From a virus (lineage: Duplodnaviria > Caudoviricetes), in the IMG/VR virus record IMGVR_UViG_3300021387_001585, positions 1 through 64,000 of that record: a stretch of 64,000 nt of DNA. The stretch is one strand, 5' to 3'. The notes under the pieces were generated by a model. The model did not search any database. It saw only the letters and a program-made list of their open reading frames with translations, and was not told where the DNA came from. Positions 29,560-39,728 of the stretch are shown here, piece after piece. Position 1 is the stretch's first letter. Each line of letters opens with the position of its first letter. Position numbers and translations under genes: made by a program.

Positions 29560-32500
29560 TTAACACTCGTCAGCTTCAGGGTCTTTCTCTGGTGCCGGTT
29601 GCACATAATCCTTGTCGCCAATATGCGCCGGGTCGAAGAAGTATCGCGGAATAGCACTCTTGCGATAGAAATAGTAGACTCGTTTCGCCATCTTCAGTTC
29701 GCGTGGCAGGCGGGAACCGTCCTTGTCAGTCGCGATGCCCCACCCGTCTACGTCCTTCGGATATTGCCAGGCCGCACATTGCCTGTAATGGTTTGCACGG
29801 TCGGTAGGTGTCAGCAACACTACTTCCGGGTCGACCACATAGATGGATGTGCGGATATAGTCTGAGAGGTTATCGCGGATGCGCTTGTATGCTGACTTGA
29901 TGGTCTTTTCGCCAATGGTGACACCGCAGTAGTCGAGCAAAGAGATAGCCAGTTCGCGCTGAGCGATGGGCACGCCGAGGTGGCGCTTGTCGGCGAGATA
30001 GCCTGCTATCCAACGCGTGAACTGCTCGTCCTTCGACGATGCGAGCGCCTGTCGCAGCAGAGCCCGGCTGTCCTTCGGTGGCATGATGGTCTCGTCTGGC
30101 AACTGAAAAAACAGTTGCACGCAGCCCAGCAGTAGGTTGCGGGCTTCGTCGAGCAATGTGGGTGAGAGATTTCGTGCAATCTCTTTCAAGCCGTATTGCT
30201 TACGGAAATCATCTGCAGGAGTATGGGCCGGCCGGGCGCCATCCATTGAGCGGGGATGATACCAGTCGCCTACCAGCACCTGATAGGTACGTCGCGATGT
30301 AGAGTCAGACGACAGGTCGAGCTGCTGATTGGAGGCCACCACAAACTTCGGGAGGTCGTCGCCTTTCAGCACCACCGAACCGCGGTATAGGCCACGGGAG
30401 GTCAACGAGAGCGTGTAGTTATACAGCGACTCCGGATTGAAGCCCTGCGGCAATTCGTCGATGGCCACGATGTTGTGCAGTCCGGGAACAACCTTGTCGA
30501 GTTCCTGAGAGAGTTTGATGTTTCCACCCTCCAATGCCTTGCCGTCGACGCTCAGCACGCGGCGCACCAGTCCGAGCAGTTCAAGGATGGCCGTCTTACC
30601 CGTGCCGCCCGACGCAAGATCCTCACGGCGCGTGCCGTTGTCGGTGATGTGAAGGTATTGTTGTCGGTTGGCCGAGCGATGGCGCACCAACGCCGAGCCG
30701 ATGGCATGCAGCATGGCAATGAGATACATGTCCTGCACCTGTTTCTCCGCAGAGGAAAGTTCGTGCAGTTGTTCTTTCTCCCAGAAGATGCGACAGGTAT
30801 TGTACAGGAAGCGGAAATGCACCGGCATTTCGTCCAACGGTCGGTCTAGTTTCAGCAGGTAGTGCCAGAGCGACGACCAGGAATCCCAGCGCATGTTCTC
30901 CTGGGCACGTTCCGCATCGGTCCTGGCAGCGGCCAGCATTTCTTCATGCTTAGTCAGTTCGTCGGCGTAGCGCGGATTTTCCACTACATGCCATGCCTGC
31001 GGCATCAGCGTAAACTTACCTTCCAGTATGGCCTCCGAGTTCGTCCACTGCTTCATTTTGCTATACGCCACCTCTGTAATCTCGTCTTTCGTCACTTTGA
31101 CGGCCGTATTCTGAAAGAAAAAGTAGTCGAAGTCTTCGCCATAGCTCTTCTCGTTGAAGTCCATCTGCTCGATGGCTTCCATCGTGCCCTGCTCTAACTT
31201 GGCCGAGTATATGGAGCGGCTGAGCGCACCCTTCGGGTCGTTATACTCTTTGTGCGCACGAAGCCATTCGGCCATGAGGTCGCGGGCCTGAGCAACAAGT
31301 TTGTTGTTACCTTTCTCTCCGGGGAACATTTCAATGTAAGTATTATCATTTCCCAAAAGGAAGAAGCGCGAGAAGGTTTCCTTACCCTGCTGCACAACGC
31401 GTCGCACCATGCCACGGGCCCGCAGGAACACGGGTGTATTTCGAAGGTCGAACTTGTAACGTGCGCGTCCCGTGCCATCGGAGTCCTTGCGCTCGCTCTC
31501 CCACTGCCAGAACTGGCAGGAGGGAGTATCAAACAGCGCGTTTTCAAACCACTCCACCGGGTCGTCGTGCTGCACGTCGGCCGGCATCAGCTGTTCCACG
31601 TCTGAAAAGCGCGTCACGAAGTCGGTGACGTCCTTGCACTTTTTAGTGGAGAGTGGAGAGTGGAGAGAGGAGAGTTCTTTGGGCAGACGCAGCCAACGCA
31701 CCTGCGGATTGTTCAGGGCAATGGCCTGGCTGGCAGCCAGTCCTGCCTCGTCCTCGTCGTAGCACACGTACAGACCGCCTTCTTCGGTCACGGCCTGCAG
31801 ACGCCGGATGAACGCGCGAAGCCAGCGGTCGGGGCGCATGGCACCGCCCTTTCGGGAAAAACCTGCCTGTTCGGAGTGTAGCCATACCACGTGGGCATCG
31901 CTATGAGAATAGACAGCGATGGCGTCTCGTGGACCGGAGCACAGCACCACACGACGGAAGCGCACCTTGCCAGTTTCCTTGCCATCCTTATCCTTGGCTT
32001 TTGAATAAGGATGCCGTTCGTCGTTGTCAGGAATCGCAGTGCCAGGGGTGAGCACGTCGGTGAGTGCCGCATCGGCATACCACTGGTGAGAAAGATCATC
32101 CTCGCCCGTGACATTCCACCACGTCCACTTGTTGGAGCCGTAGATGTCTTTCGGCTCATATTTCTTCGTGCCCCAAGGGTATGGGAACATAAAGATGGGG
32201 TAGTTTCTTGTGGCCCTCACGATGCGGGCGCACTCGCCTCCCTGCTTCGGCTCAACACGCTGGATGAACCGTGCTACGGGTTGAACGCCAAACAGACGTT
32301 CCACCTCCGCACCCCACTGGGCAATGGTCTTCACTTCGGCCTTCTTCGGGTCGCGGTAGTAGCCCGCACCCAGCGAGCAACGGTAAAGGGCTTCACCTGT
32401 ATCAGGGTCAAACTGGGTGACGACATCGTCTCTCTTGATTTCCGATTTCTCAGAATATTCGGAATATTCCGACTTCTTGATCTTGCGTGAGGCAATCGTC

Positions 32501-33012
32501 ACTTTCAGACCCAAGGCTTTCAGGTGTTCTTCCGTCCACTCTCCACGCTCAAAGAGAGGAGCATCACCAGACCAGTCGGCATATTGCGGTTCTGACGCAC
32601 GGAACTCCGTCATACCCACCAATGCGGTGCGTAGCTTGTCAGTATGCCATTTGCCATCGCCGTTGCCCTCGTCCTCCAGGACTACGTCGTCGCAGCGTGT
32701 CGCCAGTTCTCTGAGAACGCCGTCAAGTTCTTTTCCCGACACCTGACCGCTCGGCTTTCCCATCAGCCTGGCAGCCAACTGCACAGCGCCATAGCCCGTC
32801 TGGCCGCACGCAGCCCCAAAGCACTTGAAGCCAAGGTCGGTGGCACCATGCCGCACCTTCTTGTCGACCGCGAACGACTCGTGCTTTTCCTCGTGGAACG
32901 GGCACAAATACCATGCCGATGCTTCGTTCTCTCGCCTCGGCACGTATCCCCACGCTCGCATCACCTCCACGAGCGGCAGACTGTTCAATATGTTGAAATT
33001 CTTTTCTGTCAT
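29560..33012 (-). CDS. DNA primase-helicase (CHC2 zinc finger, Toprim-like and P-loop domains)
   Basis: CPFHEEK...FKCFGAAC; CYDEDEAG and KDVTDF Toprim motifs; GGTGKT Walker A; AIDE Walker B. Confidence 0.85.
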   Translation of the reverse strand: MTEKNFNILNSLPLVEVMRAWGYVPRRENEASAWYLCPFHEEKHESFAVDKKVRHGATDLGFKCFGAACGQTGYGAVQLAARLMGKPSGQVSGKELDGVLRELATRCDDVVLEDEGNGDGKWHTDKLRTALVGMTEFRASEPQYADWSGDAPLFERGEWTEEHLKALGLKVTIASRKIKKSEYSEYSEKSEIKRDDVVTQFDPDTGEALYRCSLGAGYYRDPKKAEVKTIAQWGAEVERLFGVQPVARFIQRVEPKQGGECARIVRATRNYPIFMFPYPWGTKKYEPKDIYGSNKWTWWNVTGEDDLSHQWYADAALTDVLTPGTAIPDNDERHPYSKAKDKDGKETGKVRFRRVVLCSGPRDAIAVYSHSDAHVVWLHSEQAGFSRKGGAMRPDRWLRAFIRRLQAVTEEGGLYVCYDEDEAGLAASQAIALNNPQVRWLRLPKELSSLHSPLSTKKCKDVTDFVTRFSDVEQLMPADVQHDDPVEWFENALFDTPSCQFWQWESERKDSDGTGRARYKFDLRNTPVFLRARGMVRRVVQQGKETFSRFFLLGNDNTYIEMFPGEKGNNKLVAQARDLMAEWLRAHKEYNDPKGALSRSIYSAKLEQGTMEAIEQMDFNEKSYGEDFDYFFFQNTAVKVTKDEITEVAYSKMKQWTNSEAILEGKFTLMPQAWHVVENPRYADELTKHEEMLAAARTDAERAQENMRWDSWSSLWHYLLKLDRPLDEMPVHFRFLYNTCRIFWEKEQLHELSSAEKQVQDMYLIAMLHAIGSALVRHRSANRQQYLHITDNGTRREDLASGGTGKTAILELLGLVRRVLSVDGKALEGGNIKLSQELDKVVPGLHNIVAIDELPQGFNPESLYNYTLSLTSRGLYRGSVVLKGDDLPKFVVASNQQLDLSSDSTSRRTYQVLVGDWYHPRSMDGARPAHTPADDFRKQYGLKEIARNLSPTLLDEARNLLLGCVQLFFQLPDETIMPPKDSRALLRQALASSKDEQFTRWIAGYLADKRHLGVPIAQRELAISLLDYCGVTIGEKTIKSAYKRIRDNLSDYIRTSIYVVDPEVVLLTPTDRANHYRQCAAWQYPKDVDGWGIATDKDGSRLPRELKMAKRVYYFYRKSAIPRYFFDPAHIGDKDYVQPAPEKDPEADEC

Positions 33013-33109
33013 AATGAATAAAAACGGGAAGCGGTAGTGCAAGCTTTACTGCTTGACCGCAGGCTTTCGCCTCTTATCAGCACTTCTTCCCGTCGGGTAT
33101 GCGAGATTT

Positions 33110-33412
33110 CTATATATTGAGGGCAGTTTTATTGTCATTGAGCAACTCGTCACGAAGGGGTTCGAGCAACGCCCTATATAGCACGCGCTTCTCGTCGGGG
33201 ATGTCCGACTCCTCGATGGTTGCCAGCATAAGGTATGATTGTGGTATGCCGAAAGCCTGGCACATCTTCTCCACGGTGCTCTTCGGCGGGAAAGATTTGC
33301 CTGTTTCAATCGAGCATATTGCATTCGTGCTCATGCCACACCGCTCCGCCAGTTGGGTTTGCGTAAAGCCGTTCTTCAGGCGAAGCGTCTTGATTGCTTG
33401 TCCTACGTCCAT
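33110..33412 (-). CDS. XRE-family HTH regulator
   Basis: IKTLRLKNGFTQTQLAERCGMSTNAICSIETGKSFP; start at 33412 avoids overlap with the tRNA-like gene. Confidence 0.9.
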   Translation of the reverse strand: MDVGQAIKTLRLKNGFTQTQLAERCGMSTNAICSIETGKSFPPKSTVEKMCQAFGIPQSYLMLATIEESDIPDEKRVLYRALLEPLRDELLNDNKTALNI

Positions 33413-33433
33413 TTTTTCTTTTGAATTGATTCG

Positions 33434-33595
33434 TCGAGGGAGCAGGACTCGAACCTGCGATACGGGAACCAAGCGACTTTCGGGTGCGCACCCCACCATC
33501 ATTTACAATTTCCGCAGGCCGCTATTCTATGCGCATCTTATTCGCGGCCGTCTCCCGCGCCAAAGCGGGTGTGTTACCAGTTACACCATCCCTCG
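33434..33595 (-). tRNA. aberrant tRNA (Gln/Pro-like) with an insertion of about 90 nt in the variable arm
   Basis: Acceptor CGAGGGA/TCCCTCG, D-arm GTGT-AACTGGTA-ACAC, anticodon arm CCCGC-TTTGGC-GCGGG, T-arm GCAGG-TTCGAGT-CCTGC. Confidence 0.7.
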
Positions 33596-33708
33596 GTAAA
33601 ATGCCCCTCCGCTGAGGGGGCCGGTTGATTGAATATTCTTCTTTTACACCATGACTAAGCGTCTACCCTCACGGGCTATCATCTCATGTGTTTTCTGCAC
33701 AGACGATG

Positions 33709-34791
33709 TTATATTGCCTTATCTGTCTGAATAACCTTGTATTTCTCCTCTAGTTTTTTGAATCCCTCCTCCATTTCCCGCTGTTTTTTCGCCTCTTGTT
33801 CTCGCTCCGACTCTTCCAAGACGTGCTCGTAAAGCGCCTTCGACTTCGGGTTCAAGTCCAATGCTTCCCTGGCAGCATTGTCGATGATGTCGTCGTCGCG
33901 CAGGTCGTCCATGAACTTTAACCAAGCCTGTTTAAAACGCAGGTTTTTCGACGGTGCAAATCCTTCAAGCGCATAATAGCCATACTGGTCCTTGCACGTC
34001 TTGATGCCGAGTGCGTCGCATAACATCGCAAACCTCTTGACCATTGGCTGAAGATCGTCAGCAGCAAAGCAACGAGAGAAGTCTATCCCCAGCTCTTTCC
34101 TGAAATCGTCAAAGAAGTGCTCATACGATGCTCCAGCCACCTCGCCCATCAACAATGCCACACAACACCGTGCTTTCAGTTCCACGTCGCGCCAGCGCAG
34201 GTAAATCATGTAGTCACGCAATGCCTCGTAGACCTTCTCCATCTTCGGCTCCACAGCATCGTAGGCCAAATCCATGTGGTCCTGTAGCACGAACCATGCC
34301 GTGCGTTCCGTATCAAGGCGGCGAGGGCGCACGTAGCTCTCCCATAAAGCCTCTGTCTGCGACTGGCATTTCTTTATGGCAAACCGCAGGCGACCTTCTC
34401 GTTCAAGCAAGTCGTAGACCCTGACCATCGCCTGATGCAACACGTAGTTCACGCGGTGGATAATGATAAACAACGACTTCGCCTTTTCAAAGCCTTCGTT
34501 CAAATCGGCAAAGGTAACGCGCTCGCTATCGACATCGACCTTTCCCAGTATCTCCTGCAGCGACAGCACCCAATCCGCAAAATGCGAACCATCCACCAGG
34601 TTCAGACCGTTGTCGGAGATGTACTGGTTCACCAACTTTGGGTTCGTCATCCACAGCACAGGCATCTTGTTGCCGAGTGCGGTAATATCTTCCGGCGGCA
34701 TCGCCGGCCTGTTCAGCAACAGGCTGATGTTGCCAGCAAGCCCCCTTGCAATTTCACGCTTTTTCCCCATAGTAGTCAATTTCTGCACCAT
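33709..34791 (-). CDS. hypothetical protein
   Basis: 360-aa ORF. Confidence 0.7.
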   Translation of the reverse strand: MVQKLTTMGKKREIARGLAGNISLLLNRPAMPPEDITALGNKMPVLWMTNPKLVNQYISDNGLNLVDGSHFADWVLSLQEILGKVDVDSERVTFADLNEGFEKAKSLFIIIHRVNYVLHQAMVRVYDLLEREGRLRFAIKKCQSQTEALWESYVRPRRLDTERTAWFVLQDHMDLAYDAVEPKMEKVYEALRDYMIYLRWRDVELKARCCVALLMGEVAGASYEHFFDDFRKELGIDFSRCFAADDLQPMVKRFAMLCDALGIKTCKDQYGYYALEGFAPSKNLRFKQAWLKFMDDLRDDDIIDNAAREALDLNPKSKALYEHVLEESEREQEAKKQREMEEGFKKLEEKYKVIQTDKAI

Positions 34792-35083
34792 GATTGCGCA
34801 GCGCGAGCTGCATGCGTTGTATTTCTTCGTCCTTCTCCTCGATTCGCCGACGCAGGTTTTCTACCAACCGCTGTTCGTTGGCCGCTTGCCCCCTGGCTTC
34901 GTCGAGCAGTTCCTGGGACTTATAGTATAAATCTGTCAGCGTAGCTACATTCTCCGCCACCTTCTCGTACTGCTCACGCAGTTCAGCTAGTTCAGCGCGG
35001 AACGGGTTCCTGCCCAGCAGGGCACGAAACAAGTTTCGTAGGTAGCGCCTTAATGTTTCAAAAATGTGACTTTTTTGTCTCAT
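34754..35083 (-). CDS. coiled-coil hypothetical protein
   Basis: First gene after the leftward promoter. Confidence 0.6.
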   Translation of the reverse strand: MRQKSHIFETLRRYLRNLFRALLGRNPFRAELAELREQYEKVAENVATLTDLYYKSQELLDEARGQAANEQRLVENLRRRIEEKDEEIQRMQLALRNHGAEIDYYGEKA

Positions 35084-35121
35084 AAATGCGGATTTTTGGA
35101 AAAATAATTGTAACTTTGGTG

Positions 35122-35154
35122 CAAAGATACAATAATTTTGTGAATCGCCGCAAT
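35122..35154 (-). promoter_or_regulatory. Bacteroidetes sigma-A promoter for the replication operon, with CAATAATTTT operator-like repeats
   Basis: Minus strand TTG-N21-TATCTTTG; CAATAATTTT occurs twice; lies opposite the repressor gene. Confidence 0.65.
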
Positions 35155-35195
35155 AATTTTATGATTTTTTGTCTTAATTTTATAGTAATACGTAT

Positions 35196-35903
35196 TTGCT
35201 TATGAACATTCAACTCAACAACAAACTCATCAGCAGCTTGGGTGATGTCCTTGGAATGCCCACGTCGGAGATGATTGCAGCCACTGTCACCAACCGCTCA
35301 ACATGGTATCGCATCATGCACCAGCCAGAGGTCATCACGGTGCAGCAGCTGCTTGCCATCTCTAACGGTCTACACATTCCCGTGCGGCGGTTTTTCTCGT
35401 CAGGGAAAGCTGACTTCATCGGAAAAAAGAGCGACTATGTCACTGACCCCTATCTGCCATGCCACTACGAAGCCGAGACACTGCAAGAATTTGTCAGTAC
35501 ACGCCCGTCAGCGACCTGGAAGCATGCAGCAAAAGTCACAGGCATGAGCCGCGATAACCTGCGAAACTCATTGCTGGCCATCAGGCGCACTCCTGTCACG
35601 CGTTTTCTCGCTGTGTGCAACGCGTTTGAGGTTGACCCGTTCAGCATCTTGTCTGACCCGAATCCTCAGCTGACTCGGCAGAAGGGGCGAAATAAAGATG
35701 ATGAACTAAGAACCGAGATTAGTTCCTTGCGTAAGGAGATTCTGATGCTCTCCTCGGCCGTCGACGAATTGAAAAAAAAATACGAGACTCTGCTTGCCGA
35801 CCACAACGACCTGGCCAAGCGCGTGAACATCAACAGCGTAAACATACAGAACTTTACCGACAGCAGCCTTAGCATCGCGGCCGATCACCTGGACCCGCGC
35901 TAA
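35196..35903 (+). CDS. repressor-like protein with tandem HTH domains
   Basis: Two XRE-like halves and a C-terminal coiled coil; divergent orientation. Confidence 0.65.
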   Translation: MLMNIQLNNKLISSLGDVLGMPTSEMIAATVTNRSTWYRIMHQPEVITVQQLLAISNGLHIPVRRFFSSGKADFIGKKSDYVTDPYLPCHYEAETLQEFVSTRPSATWKHAAKVTGMSRDNLRNSLLAIRRTPVTRFLAVCNAFEVDPFSILSDPNPQLTRQKGRNKDDELRTEISSLRKEILMLSSAVDELKKKYETLLADHNDLAKRVNINSVNIQNFTDSSLSIAADHLDPR

Positions 35904-35944
35904 ACAAAAAAAAAGGCTGCCTCGCTATCACAGCGAAGCAGCCC
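35904..35944 (-). terminator. intrinsic terminator
   Basis: Minus strand GGCTGCTTCGCTGTGATAGCGAGGCAGCC followed by a poly-T tract. Confidence 0.75.
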
Positions 35945-36023
35945 CAAACTCAAAATCATTTAGTTATGACACTAAATGTGCTTTTACGTGCGCGTGCGCA
36001 CGTTATGGTGATAGGTGTGTGAA

Positions 36024-36239
36024 TTACAAACCTCCGTATTCCTCGCCCATTTCCATGTAGGCGATGAGTTCGCGGAGTTCGTTTAGCACTTCGTCGAAGA
36101 CCTTGGAGTCGCGTATCTCTCGCAACTCCGAGGCTTCCATAAATTTATAGAGTTCCTGAAAATCGGCTTTCGTGCCTGTGATTTTCAGAGTCGCCGTGTA
36201 ATCTTTCTTCGGCGGATGAGTGGTGAAGTCGGTAGTCAT
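36024..36239 (-). CDS. hypothetical protein
   Basis: Operon ORF. Confidence 0.55.
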   Translation of the reverse strand: MTTDFTTHPPKKDYTATLKITGTKADFQELYKFMEASELREIRDSKVFDEVLNELRELIAYMEMGEEYGGL

Positions 36240-36487
36240 TGCTCGTCTGCTTTTTCCAAAAGCTCTATGTCACCGCATACTCTCGGCATAGCCAGTCCGT
36301 TGATGCCACGGCTAATCGAATACAATCTGTCGCGTAGCGCATAGAGTGTTGCACCTACTTCATCATCTACAACACCGTCATTATTTGGGAAGAGTTCGTC
36401 AAGGAGACCTGTTTCACCCTGACCCAGCCAATGGTTTAAATCGTTGTAAAAAGACTCTGCTTTTTCAAGAAATTCTGCTGCTTTCAT
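36236..36487 (-). CDS. hypothetical protein
   Basis: Operon ORF. Confidence 0.55.
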   Translation of the reverse strand: MKAAEFLEKAESFYNDLNHWLGQGETGLLDELFPNNDGVVDDEVGATLYALRDRLYSISRGINGLAMPRVCGDIELLEKADEQ

Positions 36488-36505
36488 ATTTCGTTTCCTT
36501 TCAAG

Positions 36506-36934
36506 TTAGTTGAAGTAATCGTAGAGATAGGCGATGCGTCCGTCGCTCAACACTTTCTTGTCAAACACAAAGATATACTTATCACGGTCGGTCTCTCCTG
36601 GAGATGGAACTTCAAACCAGTCGACGTGTTTAAACTTTCCATCTCCCACCTTACGGAAGTACACATCGCTTTCGGCCTTATAATGACCGAAATCGAATAT
36701 CTCACCACTCATGGTCGTATGATAGTCAGAGTCTTCATCCCAAAATGTGTAGCTCTGGTTCATTCCGTGCCCATCCAATTCCGTCCGGACGAACTTTACC
36801 CCAACAGGACTGTCAAGCAAATTTTCCTCGGCGGCAGTGAACACGTCAATGATACTGTCTTCTGGTTCAAATTCAAAGTCGTTGTTCACGACTGCGGACT
36901 GGATAACCCCAAGTAGATAATTCTTTTTTGCCAT
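36506..36934 (-). CDS. acidic hypothetical protein
   Basis: Start MAKKNY, downstream of a promoter. Confidence 0.6.
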   Translation of the reverse strand: MAKKNYLLGVIQSAVVNNDFEFEPEDSIIDVFTAAEENLLDSPVGVKFVRTELDGHGMNQSYTFWDEDSDYHTTMSGEIFDFGHYKAESDVYFRKVGDGKFKHVDWFEVPSPGETDRDKYIFVFDKKVLSDGRIAYLYDYFN

Positions 36935-36967
36935 AATGATTATGAGTTTTGTTTGTTGTAGCCGATG

Positions 36968-36998
36968 CAAAGATACGGCATTTTTTTGATTTGCGCAA
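36968..36998 (-). promoter_or_regulatory. Bacteroidetes sigma-A promoter
   Basis: TTG-N20-TATCTTTG. Confidence 0.7.
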
Positions 36999-37340
36999 TA
37001 GTTGGACGGGAATATTTTCCCGTCTGCTTACCCGCGCTTCATGCAGGCCAGAAGAAACAGGACTGTGACGATCCAGTTCTCGACGGTGCTGTCGCCGTCG
37101 CCACCGCAAGAGGTAAGCATAAGTGACGCTGCCACGACGGGCAGCAAGTTTGAAACAATCTTGATAACTTTCTTCATTTCGCTTTGTTTTTGGGTTATTT
37201 GTTGATGGTTACTGTCAGCCCGTTGCGTCGGGCTTTGTCGTGGAAGTCCTGGCGCACCGCCTCGGTGGGGAACCACGCCAGTTCGTGTCGTTCCCGACCG
37301 TCGGCAGTACGCAGGGTGAGTTCATAGATACCCGTCATAG

Positions 37341-37658
37341 TCAGTCCTCTGTGATACAGTTCTCTCTGAGGGAGTGGAGAATATGCCGGATAATTCGCTG
37401 CTTGGTGCGTTCATCGGTCGTGTTCGCCAGATTTCTCAGGCATGACTCGATGTTTTGATAGAGATACTGGCTTATCGCCATATTGCTTTCATCCACCACA
37501 TGAAAATGCACCAACTCTAAGTGCTCGCCGTCGCTGACGTGCGTCTCGGCTTTCACTCTGGATGCCTCTTCCCTGTCTTTGTAAAGGGGGTCTAAAATCT
37601 CATGGTCAAAGTCGCCATGCTCATCTGACCAAATCTTCATTATTCCGTGTACTTGCAT
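37341..37658 (-). CDS. hypothetical protein
   Basis: Operon ORF. Confidence 0.55.
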   Translation of the reverse strand: MQVHGIMKIWSDEHGDFDHEILDPLYKDREEASRVKAETHVSDGEHLELVHFHVVDESNMAISQYLYQNIESCLRNLANTTDERTKQRIIRHILHSLRENCITED

Positions 37659-37669
37659 AGTGTCATGTT

Positions 37670-37906
37670 TTATGCGTCGATAACTTGTTGTATTGTGTCG
37701 ATAACATCGCCATCCAGATTGTCAATGGCAGCCTGAAGGTTGTCGATGTTTTCCTGCATGGCTTCGCCACGCTCACTCTCCTGAAGACTTTCCGGCAGGT
37801 TGTCGTAGGCTTCCTGCTCTTCGTCCATGACGGCCTCGATGCCGTCCTTGATTTCATTCAGCTGGTCGATCAGGTCTTCCAGCTGCTTACGTCTTACTTT
37901 GTTCAT
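37670..37906 (-). CDS. conserved acidic phage protein
   Basis: MNKVRRK...EEQEAYDNLPESLQESERGE motif. Confidence 0.7.
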   Translation of the reverse strand: MNKVRRKQLEDLIDQLNEIKDGIEAVMDEEQEAYDNLPESLQESERGEAMQENIDNLQAAIDNLDGDVIDTIQQVIDA

Positions 37907-37927
37907 AGTTGCTTACTTGTTTCAAAT

Positions 37928-38200
37928 TCATTCTCCCAAGTCGTTGAAATACTCTGTCCAGCTATCGTGGCACCACAAGTGATGCTCAGGGTCATACGGC
38001 CAGCAGTGGCCATCGTTTCCAAACTCGTCAGTGATAACACCTACCATGTGTTTTGCATCTGGCTGATACTCGTTTTCCGGATAAGGTGTATCTCTTTCGC
38101 ATTTATAGGTGTTACCTTTCTTGTAATAGACCTTACGAACTTTCCCAATTACACTTTTCTTGCATAGAAATCTGTGTCCTTTAATCAGTCTTGGTTCCAT
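37928..38200 (-). CDS. hypothetical protein
   Basis: Operon ORF. Confidence 0.55.
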   Translation of the reverse strand: MEPRLIKGHRFLCKKSVIGKVRKVYYKKGNTYKCERDTPYPENEYQPDAKHMVGVITDEFGNDGHCWPYDPEHHLWCHDSWTEYFNDLGE

Positions 38201-38459
38201 AGTTTTTATTTTTTTCTTTCACTCCAAACATTTCGAGGTTACGGCTCTCCATGATGACTATCGGTGACATGTTTAATGCCTTGCCCAACTTGCTTGCCAT
38301 CTCTGGAGTGATTGGTCTTCTCCCGTTCAGGAGTTTGTAGAAGTTCATCGGGTGTTCGTCAACCAGTTCAGCAAGTTCTTGAACATCCATTCCTCTGTAT
38401 CTCATAACGGCTTCTACTAATCGGCCTGTCGTAAGATACTTTGTCTCTTGCCTTGCCAT
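38181..38459 (-). CDS. HigA-like HTH protein
   Basis: ELAELVDE...LLNGRRPITPEMASKLGKAL. Confidence 0.75.
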   Translation of the reverse strand: MARQETKYLTTGRLVEAVMRYRGMDVQELAELVDEHPMNFYKLLNGRRPITPEMASKLGKALNMSPIVIMESRNLEMFGVKEKNKNYGTKTD

Positions 38460-38643
38460 AATGATTTTGAGTTTTACTTGATTGTCATGCTACACGTTTG
38501 TATCTGTTGCGAGAGTAGTAAGGCGTATGCCAGTTAGTGCGATATACGGTCTTACGCTTCGCCCTCGGCACGATGGCCGCGTCGAGACGCATCAATCAGC
38601 TGGCGCATTTCTGCGTCGATGTAACCAGGACATTCCATAGGTG

Positions 38644-39714
38644 TCACAGCTTGGTTTGTTCATCCGCCGTTGACTCCGCATAACTCAGGCCGAAACATTC
38701 TCTCCGGTGGTTCTGCAGGGCCTGCTCCTCCGTCAAGCCGTATGCTACACGGCATGTGCCAGCGTCACCGTTCTTGCAGTACGAGTAGAGAATATGGGTA
38801 GGTTTTTCCAGGATCTCCCCAGTCCGTTCGTCCACATAGGGCTCACTGTGCAGGCTGTTTGATTTCATCGCGTCGCTCAGAGTGAGGAATGACGGCAGGT
38901 CTTCCTCGTCGTAGACGTTGCCGACCTCGTTGATGACGTAGCGCCATTCCTCCCTGAAGAGTTTCATTTTATTCTCAATCTCCCGCTGTTCTGCCTTGTT
39001 GGCCCAGCGTGCCAGCTGTCGTCCGTTGACTCCCTTGGCCTCACGGATATAGCCGAGTGCTTTCAGTCGTTCCCACTCGTTTACCACGAAGTCAACTACC
39101 GGTCGGCGCATGTGAGGACAACCGGTACCGATGTCATCGAGGTCTATGCGGCGGTTCTGAATGCAGATGCGGTTGCAGGCAGCATTTTCGGCACTGGCTT
39201 TGTCTTTGTACAAGTCCTTGCGCTTGGTGGTCAGCAGGTCACGCAATGTCGTGGCAAGTCCTGCGGGATAGAAGTCGCGGTACAGCTGGCGCTCATCCTC
39301 TTCCGATACTGTCACCAAGATGTCTCCGTAGTTGTCAGTCCAACGGTACTTGCACGACTGCATGTTGCGGAACATCGTTTCCATCTTCCCGACACTACCC
39401 TTCTCCACCTTGCCGGAGATGTCTTGCGGATGACAGTAAAGATACTGTGCTCCCTTTATTAGCTCTGGGCATGCGCCGGGGCCATATTTCTCTTTTCGTA
39501 GCTTCCATCCGTCTGCCAGTAGCAGTTGCACCACCTCATTGTCGAAGGCGGTGACGGCTCGCTGCTCTGCATCACGAGCTTCTGGGCTGTAATCGTTCAG
39601 GGCGCGGTTATATTCCGGGATGTCGATTCGGTAATGCACGTCGGCCAGTAACTGCCGGCCACAACCCTCGTATTTTTTCACTTTGGGTCTCAGGTCAATT
39701 ATTGTTGTTTCCAT
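38644..39714 (-). CDS. hypothetical protein
   Basis: 356-aa ORF with AAACTCAAAATCATT leader. Confidence 0.7.
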   Translation of the reverse strand: METTIIDLRPKVKKYEGCGRQLLADVHYRIDIPEYNRALNDYSPEARDAEQRAVTAFDNEVVQLLLADGWKLRKEKYGPGACPELIKGAQYLYCHPQDISGKVEKGSVGKMETMFRNMQSCKYRWTDNYGDILVTVSEEDERQLYRDFYPAGLATTLRDLLTTKRKDLYKDKASAENAACNRICIQNRRIDLDDIGTGCPHMRRPVVDFVVNEWERLKALGYIREAKGVNGRQLARWANKAEQREIENKMKLFREEWRYVINEVGNVYDEEDLPSFLTLSDAMKSNSLHSEPYVDERTGEILEKPTHILYSYCKNGDAGTCRVAYGLTEEQALQNHRRECFGLSYAESTADEQTKL

Positions 39715-39728
39715 AATGATTTTGAGTT

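Noticed and set aside
33413-33502. N-terminal extension of the XRE ORF
   Set aside because: It overlaps the tRNA-like gene, and the ATG at 33412 has a proper A-rich leader.
38480-38640. Possible extra array unit
   Set aside because: It lacks the scaffold motifs and covarying stem, and may encode a 28-aa peptide.
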